DNA of 60,232 nucleotides, filler included, from Dugesia japonica (Eukaryota): the NCBI GenBank assembly GCA_001938525.1. It is 5 parts of 5 records of this genome, joined end to end, with 100 filler letters (N's around TTAATTAATTAA, not from the genome) between each part and the next. Parts side by side here need not be neighbours in the genome. Positions count along the whole stretch, not along the records: positions 42,588 to 51,617 come from MQRL01648218.1; positions 51,718 to 60,232 come from MQRL01647244.1; 3 more parts are not named here. One strand, given 5' to 3'. Under the pieces are notes generated by a model. That model searched no databases and was not told the origin of the DNA. It saw only the letters and a list, made by a program, of their open reading frames with translations. Below are positions 49,795 to 60,232 of this stretch, piece after piece; position 1 is the stretch's first letter, and every line of letters starts with the position of its first letter. The translations under genes and the position numbers were made by a program.

Positions 49795-51612
49795 CAATGA
49801 ACTCAGCTTAAACCAAGCATTCAAGGGATCGAATTTTAAGTTCGTTATAACCGGAAGTTCGGTTTAACCGGGTTTTGCATATAAAAATGATAAAAATTGT
49901 TTTTTTTATATATAATATGGATAAACTATATTAAAAGAATATTTGTTTTATAGATATATTTTAATAAACATAAATCAATAAAATATACATCTACAACACC
50001 ATTATTTTTTTTTATTAGAAAATCAGTAATCTTTCTTTGGACTTTATGTCTTTAAAATATTCTTCGTTTCCAAATCATCTTGCAACGCAAATACACTTGC
50101 TTTTATCTCCTCTGATGGCATTTCGAAACCATAAATTTACTAATAACATTAATAGCATTTAATGCATCTCTCAAGTCAACCACCTTTAAAGTAATAGTCT
50201 CTTCTCCAGTATCGTCGATTAGTAATGGTTCATCAGATTCCATACAAAAATCCTCGGTTTTTTGAACATCTTTATCGATTTCAAAATAGCTATTTATTTC
50301 AACAACCGAATTTTAAAAAATGGTTGAATCATATTTAAAGATTCCGATAAATTGCTGTCTTTTAGAGGTAATTTTGTATCTTTACTTTNNNNNNNNNNNN
50401 NNNNNNNNNNNNNNNNNNNNNNNNNNNNNNNNNNNNNNNNNNNNNNNNNNNNNNNNNNNNNNNNNNNNNNNNNNNNNNNNNNNNNNAGAGTTATTTTAAA
50501 TTCTTCATCATTATCAGCCGTATGTATCATTTTAGATTTTAATGATTTTCTATTTTTCTTTAAAGTTTCTTATCACTCCTTGGTCAAGTGATTGTAAAAT
50601 GCTCATTGTATTCGACGGCAAAAACACCAATTTAATTTGGGTCAACATATCGTTTATATTTGGATGAGTGGGGCAATGGTCGACCAATAATAATATTTTT
50701 CTACCTCCTTTTCTTCTAAGTTCTGAATCTCATCGGATTAATTCATTTTTAAAGACACTGGAAGTCATCCATATAGTATTTATATTTTTAGTATTTATAT
50801 CTCGTCAAATTTTGATTTTTAAAACATCTCAGATTCTTACTTTTTCCAATAATTAGAGGCTGTCTTTTTTCTACAGTCATGCCTGCACAAAAAAGCACTG
50901 TTATTCTTTCTTTTGATAGCTTTCCGCCGGTACATTTTTCGCCTATAAATCCATGAGTTTTATTTGGAGTAACTTTATAAAATATCCTAGTTTCATCTGT
51001 ATTAAAAACATCTTTAAAAACATTTCTTAAACGCAGATATTCATCCTCAACCCATGATTTAACAGCGTTTACATCGACTGATTTTGCTTCCTCTTGTATT
51101 GAACCATAAAAAATGGAGTCTTTTATTAATCGGGAAATCCAACTGCTTGAACATTCAAACCCGTTTATTCCCATTTCACTTGCTATCAATGTAGCTTTGC
51201 TTTTTAGCATAAATCCTTCAATGGGTATATTTCTTCATCTCTGAATCTTGAACCATGTAAAAAGAGCGGTATCGATTTCTTCATACTTGGGGCTTTTCAC
51301 TTTTTTGATATCACTTCTTCGTTCGATGAAAACTTTAATTTCTTCTTTGGTTTTCCAAATACCACTAACAGTTCCGGGGGTAGAATTGTATCTTTTCACC
51401 AATTCTTTTTGCTTTTGACCGAGCTCAATCGATTGTATTATTGACATCTTTTCTTTTAAAGACAAAGTTCTTCATTTTTTTGGTTGCATTTTGTGGTTAA
51501 TATTTTCAAATTTTTAATTTGGTTTAAAAATCTTCGGTTTAAATGAAAAAGAATAAATAAATTATTGATTATTGTTCGGTTTAAACGAATTTGTTATAAC
51601 CGAATTATACTG
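49795..51612 (-). mobile_element. pogo/Tigger DNA transposon, near full length, disrupted transposase
   Basis: HTH-psq LSLKEKMSII..; CENP-B HTH EEIDTALFTWF..PIEGFMLKSKA; DVFNTDETRIFYK..GGKLSKERITVLFC..PLIIGKSKNLRCFK; TA-flanked CAGTATAATTCGGTTATAAC end. Confidence 0.93.
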
Positions 51613-51617
51613 TATTT

Positions 51618-51717
51618 NNNNNNNNNNNNNNNNNNNNNNNNNNNNNNNNNNNNNNNNNNNNTTAATTAATTAANNNNNNNNNNNNNNNNNNNNNNNNNNN
51701 NNNNNNNNNNNNNNNNN
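51618..51717. other. Artificial contig spacer
   Basis: 44N-TTAATTAATTAA-44N. Confidence 0.97.
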
Positions 51718-52210
51718 AGAGTAATAGATTCAACTCCTTCTCTACCTGTTTACTAAGTTCCTTGGTGAAGCCAAAGAAATTAAATGTTTCAAAAAGGTTT
51801 TGTGAAATCTGAGAGAGATAACATTTGTTTTTTAGAAACCAATTTTACATATAATTGAATATTTAGAAATATATTTTAAAAAATAGAAGCAAGGATCTCG
51901 TATTCAGTTTTATTTGGGCATCCTTACATTTTATTAAAATATTGAGCTGATACTAAATATTATCTGAAAGAGAAATAATTTATGTAGTATTGGATTTTTG
52001 AGAAAGTTCTTAATAAGACTTTCTACTGGTTTGTGGGATTGTAAGACAAAAAGTGAAGCCCAAGATATTCCCAAAATTTCATTACTCTCATTAAAACTAA
52101 AAATTCTAAAGATACTACTAGTTTTTACAAATTTAATTAAAAAAATTAATTTTTTATCTGAAATTTTCGCCAATTCTGTCAATGTGAAAAGTGTTTTACT
52201 TTTCCTTTAA
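51718..52210 (-). pseudogene. Unidentified gene or pseudogene with micro-introns
   Basis: Frames join across 31-nt and 40-nt GT-AG introns: ..LHKLFLFQIIFR|CPNKTEYEILASIF*NIFLNIQLY|ISQNLFETFNFFGFTKELSKQVEKELNLLL; one in-frame TAA. Confidence 0.35.
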
Positions 52211-52785
52211 TATTGAAAAGTATTGATAAATTAAGCATTTAATATTATATTAATGACATTTTTATATCAAAACCGGAAGTAAACATTTTTACAACAAAAT
52301 AATTTGATAAAATCAAGTCCTTTAAATCATTTTAGCAATAACTATCTACTTCATATCAGATTCTAAAATCCAATCTGATTCTCTATTCAGTTCATTTTAC
52401 TACACGAATATGCATGATAAGAACTGTTACGGTTTTTCGATAAGTTTTGAACAGTATTTTCGGGAATCCATATTTGATTACATTCTAAATAGTTCACATC
52501 ATTTAAATCATTTAAAACTTTCAATATATCATATTTAAATTGCATTTTTTAGATTATTTTACGAATAATTTACGATAATAATTTACGAAACCAAAATAAT
52601 TATTTATATAAACACCTGATTCACTCATTGAATCACGCTGTAAAGCTGATATTTCTTATCAACAACTAACAGTAACTAAATATTTAGAAGAAAATAAATA
52701 TAAAATTAATATTTCTTAATTATTTAGTAATAATAATAATAATANNNNNNNNNNNNNNNNNNNNNNNNNNNNNNNNNNNNNNNNN

Positions 52786-55700
52786 TCATTAATTAAATTA
52801 AATAAAGTCACTTGTTTTAATATAATAATAAATATTTAATAAACGTGTTACATTTGAATTCTTATTATTATGAAATTCGATGTTAAAGATAGCGTAACTG
52901 GCGACCACACCAAAAATATCAGTGCAGTTATCAGACATCAAGAGAAAAAAATTAATTATTGATTTATTTCCGAAGCGCAAAATATGTTTAGTTTCAATGT
53001 TCTAAAATATGATGATCAAATTTTGAAGAAGCTGCAAAATGGATTACCGATATTGAAGATTATTTGCGAGTAAATACTTTTTGTTTGATGAGTGCATTCA
53101 ATCTAATACTATCTNGTGNAGCTGCTNTTTAATGGAAAGATTTTAAAACAGATTCCACGACAAAAGATGGAGCAAAATCTTGGTTTATCGATACTTTTAC
53201 AATAAAGAAATCAATTTCAGATATGTTTGTTGAATTGACTGGAATTAAATAACAAGATAATGAAAGATTTGCGACATTCGAGATTAAAGTAAAACAGTTT
53301 TTGGATGATATTTTTAATTCAAGATTAATTCGTGACGAAATAATAAAAGATTTTATTTTGAAATGATCAAAAAGTTCAACATTAAAAGAAAAGTTAATTT
53401 CGAAACCAAAAATGAACATTGAAGATATTCGGAATATTGTCAAATTATATGGAAATCAAGAAGATTCAATTCAATTCCAAGAAGTTAAAAATGTAAATGT
53501 TATGAATAAGAGATGATATTCTGATGTTGTGAAACAAGGAAATAAATTATATCGACAAAATCCAAAATGAAATTCAATTGAATCAATACCAAAATTCAAT
53601 CATAATTTTGCGAGAAATTTGGGATGTAATTTTTCATCTGGAATTATAATTTCCAATAGAAATTTTGACAAGTTTAATAATAGAAATAACTGGAATAATG
53701 TAAATTCGAGATATCAGCCATTTGTTTCAATGAAACATATTCCGAGAAAATTATATAATAAATACAATGGATTACCACAACCAAAAGATGAAATTTTAAA
53801 ACCAATTCAATGTTATTGTTGTGGAGAAAGAGATCATTTACGTTTTGAATGCCCATTAAAGAACAAATGTTTAATATGTTGAAAAGAAGGCCATTTATTC
53901 AGAAATTGTCACTTATTGAATAATCGCAATAGGAATTTTAATAAGCTTATACTATGTATTTATGTTGAAAATAATGAAGAGTATTGTGAAGATGAAATAA
54001 TAAATCGTGAGATTGAAGAACAAAAAAACCAAAACAATTCTGTTAATTACATTTCGTCAGTGGAGTTGAATAAATAAATGATTCTGCAAATCGAAATTAT
54101 ATGAAGAATGATGCGATGTACCAGACGAGTGATGGAAGGCAATGAAGTAATGTGTAAGTTGAAGATGTGGCAATTCAAATGTTGTGGGACTCAGGAGCTG
54201 CAATAACAGTGATGAATAAAGAGTGTTGGGGAAAGATTGGAAAACCTCATTTATCAGATACGAATATTATGCTCAGTGATGTATTTTCTAGAATGAGTGA
54301 AAGACCTATGGGATCCGTGTCAGTAAACGCGAGATCGAACGGTAAGATTCGATTAGTAAATATATGAATAGTTAGACAAATTTATCCAAATATTATTTGT
54401 AGAATAAACATAATAAAGAGTTTTGGAATAAAACTAGTGGAAATAAACAATATTGATATTTCTATAATCAAAAACAATCATTCAGACACAGAAAGAATCA
54501 GAATTGCCTTAAATTATTTTAATATTCATAAAACAATTACATTGACAAATCTAATAAAGATTATTGCGAAAATTATTATTCTTTCGAAATTTGATCTTGG
54601 TCATACGACATTGATAAAGTATGAAATAAAAGTAAATAGTGCACCAGTACTGATAAAATTTAGTCATCAACCAAATTTACTTTTCCAATGTCGGATATAC
54701 TTTTTCTGCTTGACAGTTTATCTGATTTTAATTATTTCTTATTTATTTAGGCAGATACGTCAGCACTGGAACACTTGCATTTGTCTGGGTAAAGAAGGCT
54801 CTGGTTCTTCAATTTTTTGTTCTTCAATTTGAATTATTGATCAGTAAATAGTGCACCAGTACTAATAAAATCCAGTCATCAACCAAATTTACTTTTCCAA
54901 TGTCGGATATATTTTTTATGCTTGACGGTTTATCTTATTTTAATTATTTCTTATTTATCAATCTGGGTTAAGATTACTACCTAGTAAAGTTGTATGAAAA
55001 TTCCAGATTGTTTGCTGCTTTTAGTACTTAACGACGTCAATTTAGTTTTAATTGTATCCCTTTCGGCTTTTCAACTGCACCAGCAAAATTTTACGCTGAA
55101 CTCCTAGATGGATTAATTTTTAATGGTGTTATTGTTTATCTCGATGAAATACTAGTATATATATAAAATCTATGGAAGAACATGACGAAATGTTAGATGC
55201 ATTTTTTAAACGGATCTGTATTAAGTCGAATTAAAGAAAATGGTGATGAAACAGTAATTACATATGGATCACGGTATCTTTCTGCTCATGAAAAAGGTTA
55301 TTGTGTTTCTAGAAAAGTATTTTTAGCATTACACGAAGATGTTATGTATTTCCAACGTGTGTATGGTTTTAGTGCTCAGACATTATTACATAACGGATTC
55401 CTGAAAAGCTATCCAAATTTGTTACAGTGTCATTTTGTGCATTAAATATATTTTTTGCTTAACTCTATTTCCAAGTCTAACATGGCAACCATGCCAATTT
55501 TGAACTCTTGTATTCCAACACCCAAGACATTTGAGATAGAAGNNNNNNNNNNNNNNNNNNNNNNNNNNNNNNNNNNNNNNNNNNAAATTTCCATGAGTTC
55601 GAATCAGTCAAAGAAAATAATTATAAAAGCGTTTATGACAACAGACACAGTCAAATTATATGTAACAGTGATTCAAAGATTAAAGATTTTGAAACAAGAT

Positions 55701-58700
55701 GTGGAGAAGCATTTTCAGAGCATGCAGACCTTGGTAAATATCTAATTAATTCCTTGAAATATCGTAGACTAAACAAATCCTCAGTTTCATTTTTTTCCAA
55801 AGTTGAAAAATCAGCATATAATAATCTGCGTCACCAGTTAACGAAGGAAAAACTTGTCAAATTCCTTTTACAAAATTTAATAGACGATAAAGAAGTTAAA
55901 AAGAAAATAAAAATGCGAGATATAGAAGATATTGAAAAAAAGAAAGAAGTTATAATTAAAATTGATAGATTGAAAAAGGAAATGGAACCAGAATATGGAA
56001 TATCAGAGTTGGAGAAAAAAAATTACATATGTAGCATTAGCGTGTTAAATTCGAAATTCAAATTAGTAAACCAAGACTCAATGGAAATTTAAGTCAAAGT
56101 AAAAGTTATGAGCAGAAATATGATTCCAAGATATATCGAGAAAATAGCGGAAATTATATGAGAGGATATTATGAACCCAATGTTCAAACTTTCAGAGTGA
56201 GAAAATGTTGGGCATGTAGAGAAAAAGGTCATATACGCTCACAATGTCCTAATGTTAAATGTTCGCTTTGTAAGAATCCAGGACATTTCCGATTTCAATG
56301 CCATGAAATTAATCCTTTTGAGTGATATAATTGAACAATTTTCAGAAATATTTATGAAAGATAAAAGGGATTTAGGTAAGACAACACTATTAAAACATGA
56401 AATTGCTACCTACGTTGATCCAGTTGTAGTAAATCCTAGGCGACAATCTATTCATTTAGAAGATAAAATTAACAAGGCTATTTTAGAAATAGAAAAGAGT
56501 ATAATTAAATAGTGTGATTCTGAGTTGAATAGTCTGTTAGTTTGTGTTTGTAAGAAAGACATTAGAATTTTCTTAGATTTTAGATTATTTAATAATATAA
56601 CGGAGAGACCATTGTTTCCAATACCAAACATAGGAGAAATGCTTGACATTTTGAATGGATCAAAATAATTTACAATGATAGATTTGGGTAATGCATATTA
56701 CCAAGTAGAACCAGAGGAAAGTTCAAAATACAAAATGGCATTTTCTACAAAGTTTGATCAATTTTACTTCTACCGAATACCATTTGGAATGGCTGCAGCA
56801 CAAGCAACATTTAAAAAATTAATGACAAAAGTGTTAGGACCCTTAAATTGGGAAGAAGCAATTTTTTATCTTGATGATATACTGATATTTTCTAAAACTA
56901 AGAAAGAGCATACAAAAAGATCGGAAAATATTTTAATCAAATCAGAAATTCAGGTTTGAAATTAAGTTCTGATAAATATGTATATATGAAAGTGAGATTA
57001 AGTTTATGGGTCATATAATTTCAAAATATGGTTTAAAAACAGATCCAGAAAAGATTAAAGCATATTTAAGAATTTGAACCAACCTAAGTGTTTGAAAAAA
57101 CTTCATGGATTTTTAGGGCTTACAAATTATTAAATAATATTCAAAACACTCAAGAATAGTAGAAAGTTTTTGTGGAAACAATAAAAATAAATTAATTTGG
57201 TCAGATCAATGTAAACAAAGTTTTAATGCTTTAAAACGAGAATTATTGAGGGTTTCTATACTTATTTATTCAGAATTATCTAAAGAATTCATACTAGATA
57301 GAGATGCTAACTTGGTCACAATCAGTGGAGTATTATTAAAGTTAGATGAACAAGGCAATGAATGGGTTATAGCATATGGATTAAAAGCAATGAGTAAGCA
57401 TGAATTAGATTATTGTATAACCAGAAAAGAACTTCTAGCAATATATTATTTTACAGAACATTATAAACACTATTTATACGAAAAAACAATTTAAATTTCG
57501 AACTGATCACAAAGCCATAACTTTTAAGATTAATACACAATTCCAGACATGGATCAATTATTTAAGTAGTTTGGATATGATTATGGAATACAGAAAAAGA
57601 GAATTTCATTTAAATGCTGATACAATGTCGAGGAATAATTGCGAAACATGTATTCAATGTCAAATAAATCATGAGAATGCGAAAAAGGGAAAATGAAAAC
57701 TAACGTATTAGCAATTGAGTTTAAAACAAATGGTAATAAATTGCAAGAAAACTCTGAAGAAATTGATTTTATAAAAAGTAACTTAAAAATGGTGAAATGA
57801 ACTCAAAATTTAAGTTTTCAAATGGTATCATAATGACAAATAATAATAAATTTTAAATGCCTTTAAAATGCAGAAAATTATTTGTAAGAAATGAACACNN
57901 NNNNNNNNNNNNNNNNNNNNNNNGAAAAATGGCAGCTCATATAAAAGAAAATTATGATATGGAAGGTCTAGAAGAAATTGTAAAAGCGGTTACTCAAAGT
58001 TGTAGAAAGTTGTCAATTAAGAAAAACACAGACAACTCAAACAAAAGAAAAATTATTAGTATTCCAGTTGATGACATCTTTGAAATAATTCATATATATT
58101 TTTGTAGTCCTTTAAAGAAAACTTTATATTGGAAACAATACATTTTAGCTATAATTGATAAATTCAGTAGATTTATATCTCTCAATGAAGTTTCACATCA
58201 AGATGAAAAAACCACTGTTAAAATATTAAAAAATAATTGGATTTTTAAATATGGTGCACCGAGAATAATACATACAGATCGTGAAAAATAATTTGAATTA
58301 AATCTATTCCAACAATTAGCTAAAGAATTTAATTGTGAAATCCTATACTCAAGTCCATATCATCATAGTAGTAATGAAATAATTGAAAGACAATTTCGAA
58401 CTATAAGAGATACAATTAATATTAGTTTACAGGATAAGGAAGTGCAGGACTGGGCCGAAATTTTACCAGAAATAGAATTTATGTTGAACACCACAATTCA
58501 GAGAACAACGAATGTATATCCAGCTGAAATAGTTTTAGATAGAAATGATAAAAAAAATTTAAATGAAAGAAATCTAATGCATAAAAGAATAATAAACAAT
58601 TTAAATAACTATGAAAATTCCAAAAATTTAGAAATGACTAAGGATAATATTATATTTTTATATTGACCTTTATAAGTGGACAATTTCTTAAAGAACGGAA

Positions 58701-58830
58701 AATTTACGGTGTATCATTAATTAAATTAAATAGTAAAGTCACTTGTTTTAATATTATAATAAATCTTTTCTAAGCATGTTACATTGGAATTCTTATTATT
58801 ATGAAATCCGATGTTGAAGATAGTGTAACT
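52786..58830 (+). mobile_element. Composite Ty3/Gypsy element: one LTR pair enclosing two degenerate gag-pol units
   Basis: LTRs 52786-52898 and 58714-58829; PBS TGGCGACCAC at 52899. Unit 1: CYCCGERDHLRFEC, LWDSGA, RT/RNaseH remnants to ~55350. Unit 2: CWACREKGHIRSQC, IDLGNAYYQV..FYLDDILIFS, ITRKELLAI, integrase AIIDKFSRF..GAPRIIHTD. Confidence 0.92.
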
Positions 58831-58831
58831 T

Positions 58832-58863
<32 letters not shown>

Positions 58864-59616
58864 TTTATAATATTTCCCTCTAAAGGTATTCTATCTTGCA
58901 ATAAATTCTCTCTATAAAAACACTTAATATTTATCCCATTTTACTATCACTAAATCTCTAAAGTATGACGATGTTTGGAACTTTGTTTTGATGAGCATTT
59001 TTATTTATCTCAATAGTTCTATTAATAGCTTTGTTCAATTCAAAATACTTGCCCACAGATGCTGCACTTTCACCTCTCGCAATACAGTATAAGAATTTTA
59101 ATTTTATTTTTTAAGAAATGCGTAATCATTAACGAATCTTTGAAACTTTCGACATTTTGTAAAATTTTATCTGGGTAAAAAATTAATTATTTAATTATTT
59201 TTATTTCTTAAAGTCAGAAATGTTTAAATATAATTGATAGCACAATGTTTTGCTGATAACATGAACTGTTGATTAAATATTGTAAGCTAATAAACTTAAA
59301 CAATTAAATGATAGAATATTTTATGAAAATGTTATACTAAATGTGTATGTAAGAGTTATTTAACTACTACATTTAAGCAGTGCTAAGTGTTGCCTAATTT
59401 TTTAAGTGTAGTTTAAACGTCAGTTCTTTTGATACATTTCGTACCAAAACTGCAATTTACACTAGACTGATCATGATAATGTACACAATTATACGAAAAT
59501 TACTTTAAAATCTTGTTAGATAAAATAAATCTTTTGAAAATTAGAAGACTTTTCCAACTTTAGTAAAGACCGCGTACCTTTAAATTCGTTTAAAAAAGAG
59601 TATTGGTGCAAAAATT

Positions 59617-59856
59617 TTAAAAAAACTTACTTGAAGTAAAAATGCTTTTCTTAAATGCTCGTCGAAATTCACTTGACATAATATTATAAATCATTGGACT
59701 TATTGACGAATTAATAAAAACAAGATGTCTGGCAAATAAAATGTACCATAAATCAATGCTGGCATTTTCTGCATATCCATCGTAAATTAACAGAATACGG
59801 TACGGTAACCAAGTGAAAATGAAAAATAGCACGATAATTAGAAGCATTTTGATTTT
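59617..59856 (-). CDS. TRHR: Rhodopsin-family GPCR, thyrotropin-releasing-hormone (TRH/EFLamide) receptor-like; terminal exon (TM6-TM7-helix 8)
   Basis: tcag|KIKMLLIIVLFFIFTWLPYRILLIYDGY...DLWYILFARHLVFINSSISPMIYNIMSSEFRRAFKK; WxPYR, WxxLFxR and YNxMSxxFRxAF are characteristic of TRH receptors. Confidence 0.8.
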   Translation of the reverse strand, partial: KIKMLLIIVLFFIFTWLPYRILLIYDGYAENASIDLWYILFARHLVFINSSISPMIYNIMSSEFRRAFKKSIFTSSKFF

Positions 59857-60022
59857 CTGAAAATGTATTAAAAATTAGAAATTTTTTCAACAAAATGTTA
59901 AATTTAAAATAATTTATTTAAATCACGAAAAATATCGTTAAATTATTAGTAGTCGTTTATAAGTTGAAGAAAAAGTATTAAATCAAATTTATTGTAAAAG
60001 TATTGAATAACTTTACCATTAC

Positions 60023-60106
60023 CTGTCTTTCCAGTATAAGCTCAACTTCAAAATTGTTAGGGAAATTTATACTTTTATCCTCTAACAAGTCACACTCCAC
60101 TATCAG
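60023..60106 (-). CDS. Probable upstream (ICL3) exon of the TRHR-like GPCR
   Basis: gtag|LIVECDLLEDKSINFPNNFEVELILERQ|gtaatg; phase 0, joins as RQ|KIKML, similar to TRHR RKQ|VTKML. The 5' boundary is uncertain. Confidence 0.45.
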
Positions 60107-60232
60107 CTACATTATATATTCCATTTAATAAATATAATATAATTATTGAAAAAACTGGAATATATTAATTTAAATAAAAAATATTATTTATTTATACCAT
60201 TATAGCATGAGTAAAAAAAGAAAATTGTATAC

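Overview
This is very AT-rich metazoan nuclear DNA. The 38-46 nt spliceosomal micro-introns and the composition suggest a reduced invertebrate such as the orthonectid Intoshia, but that is inference. The window is not one locus: four identical artificial spacers (44 N + TTAATTAATTAA + 44 N) join five pieces of decreasing length (1-19628, 19729-32320, 32421-42487, 42588-51617, 51718-60232). Host genes: the middle/3' part of a laminin beta chain gene (+, 10 phase-consistent exons, 3115-19580, mostly missed by the ORF track), the 3' exon of a TRH-receptor-like GPCR (-, 59617-59856), and a few unidentified exons. The rest is decayed mobile DNA: Ty3/Gypsy LTR elements, mariner, pogo/Tigger, hAT, piggyBac, MITEs, a possible Helitron end, a Polinton/Maverick-type PolB fragment, and a Penelope-like element (PLE; RT + GIY-YIG with an inverted terminal repeat). 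The most interesting signal not shown by the ORF track is a ~35-nt minimal hammerhead-ribozyme motif (aattc-CTGACGA-AGACAAAGTC-GAAA-ATTC-gaatt). It sits in the Penelope terminal repeat and occurs in about six copies. In laminin introns the one copy with an intact core is antisense and the only sense copy is core-mutated. No prokaryotic system or CRISPR array is supported.
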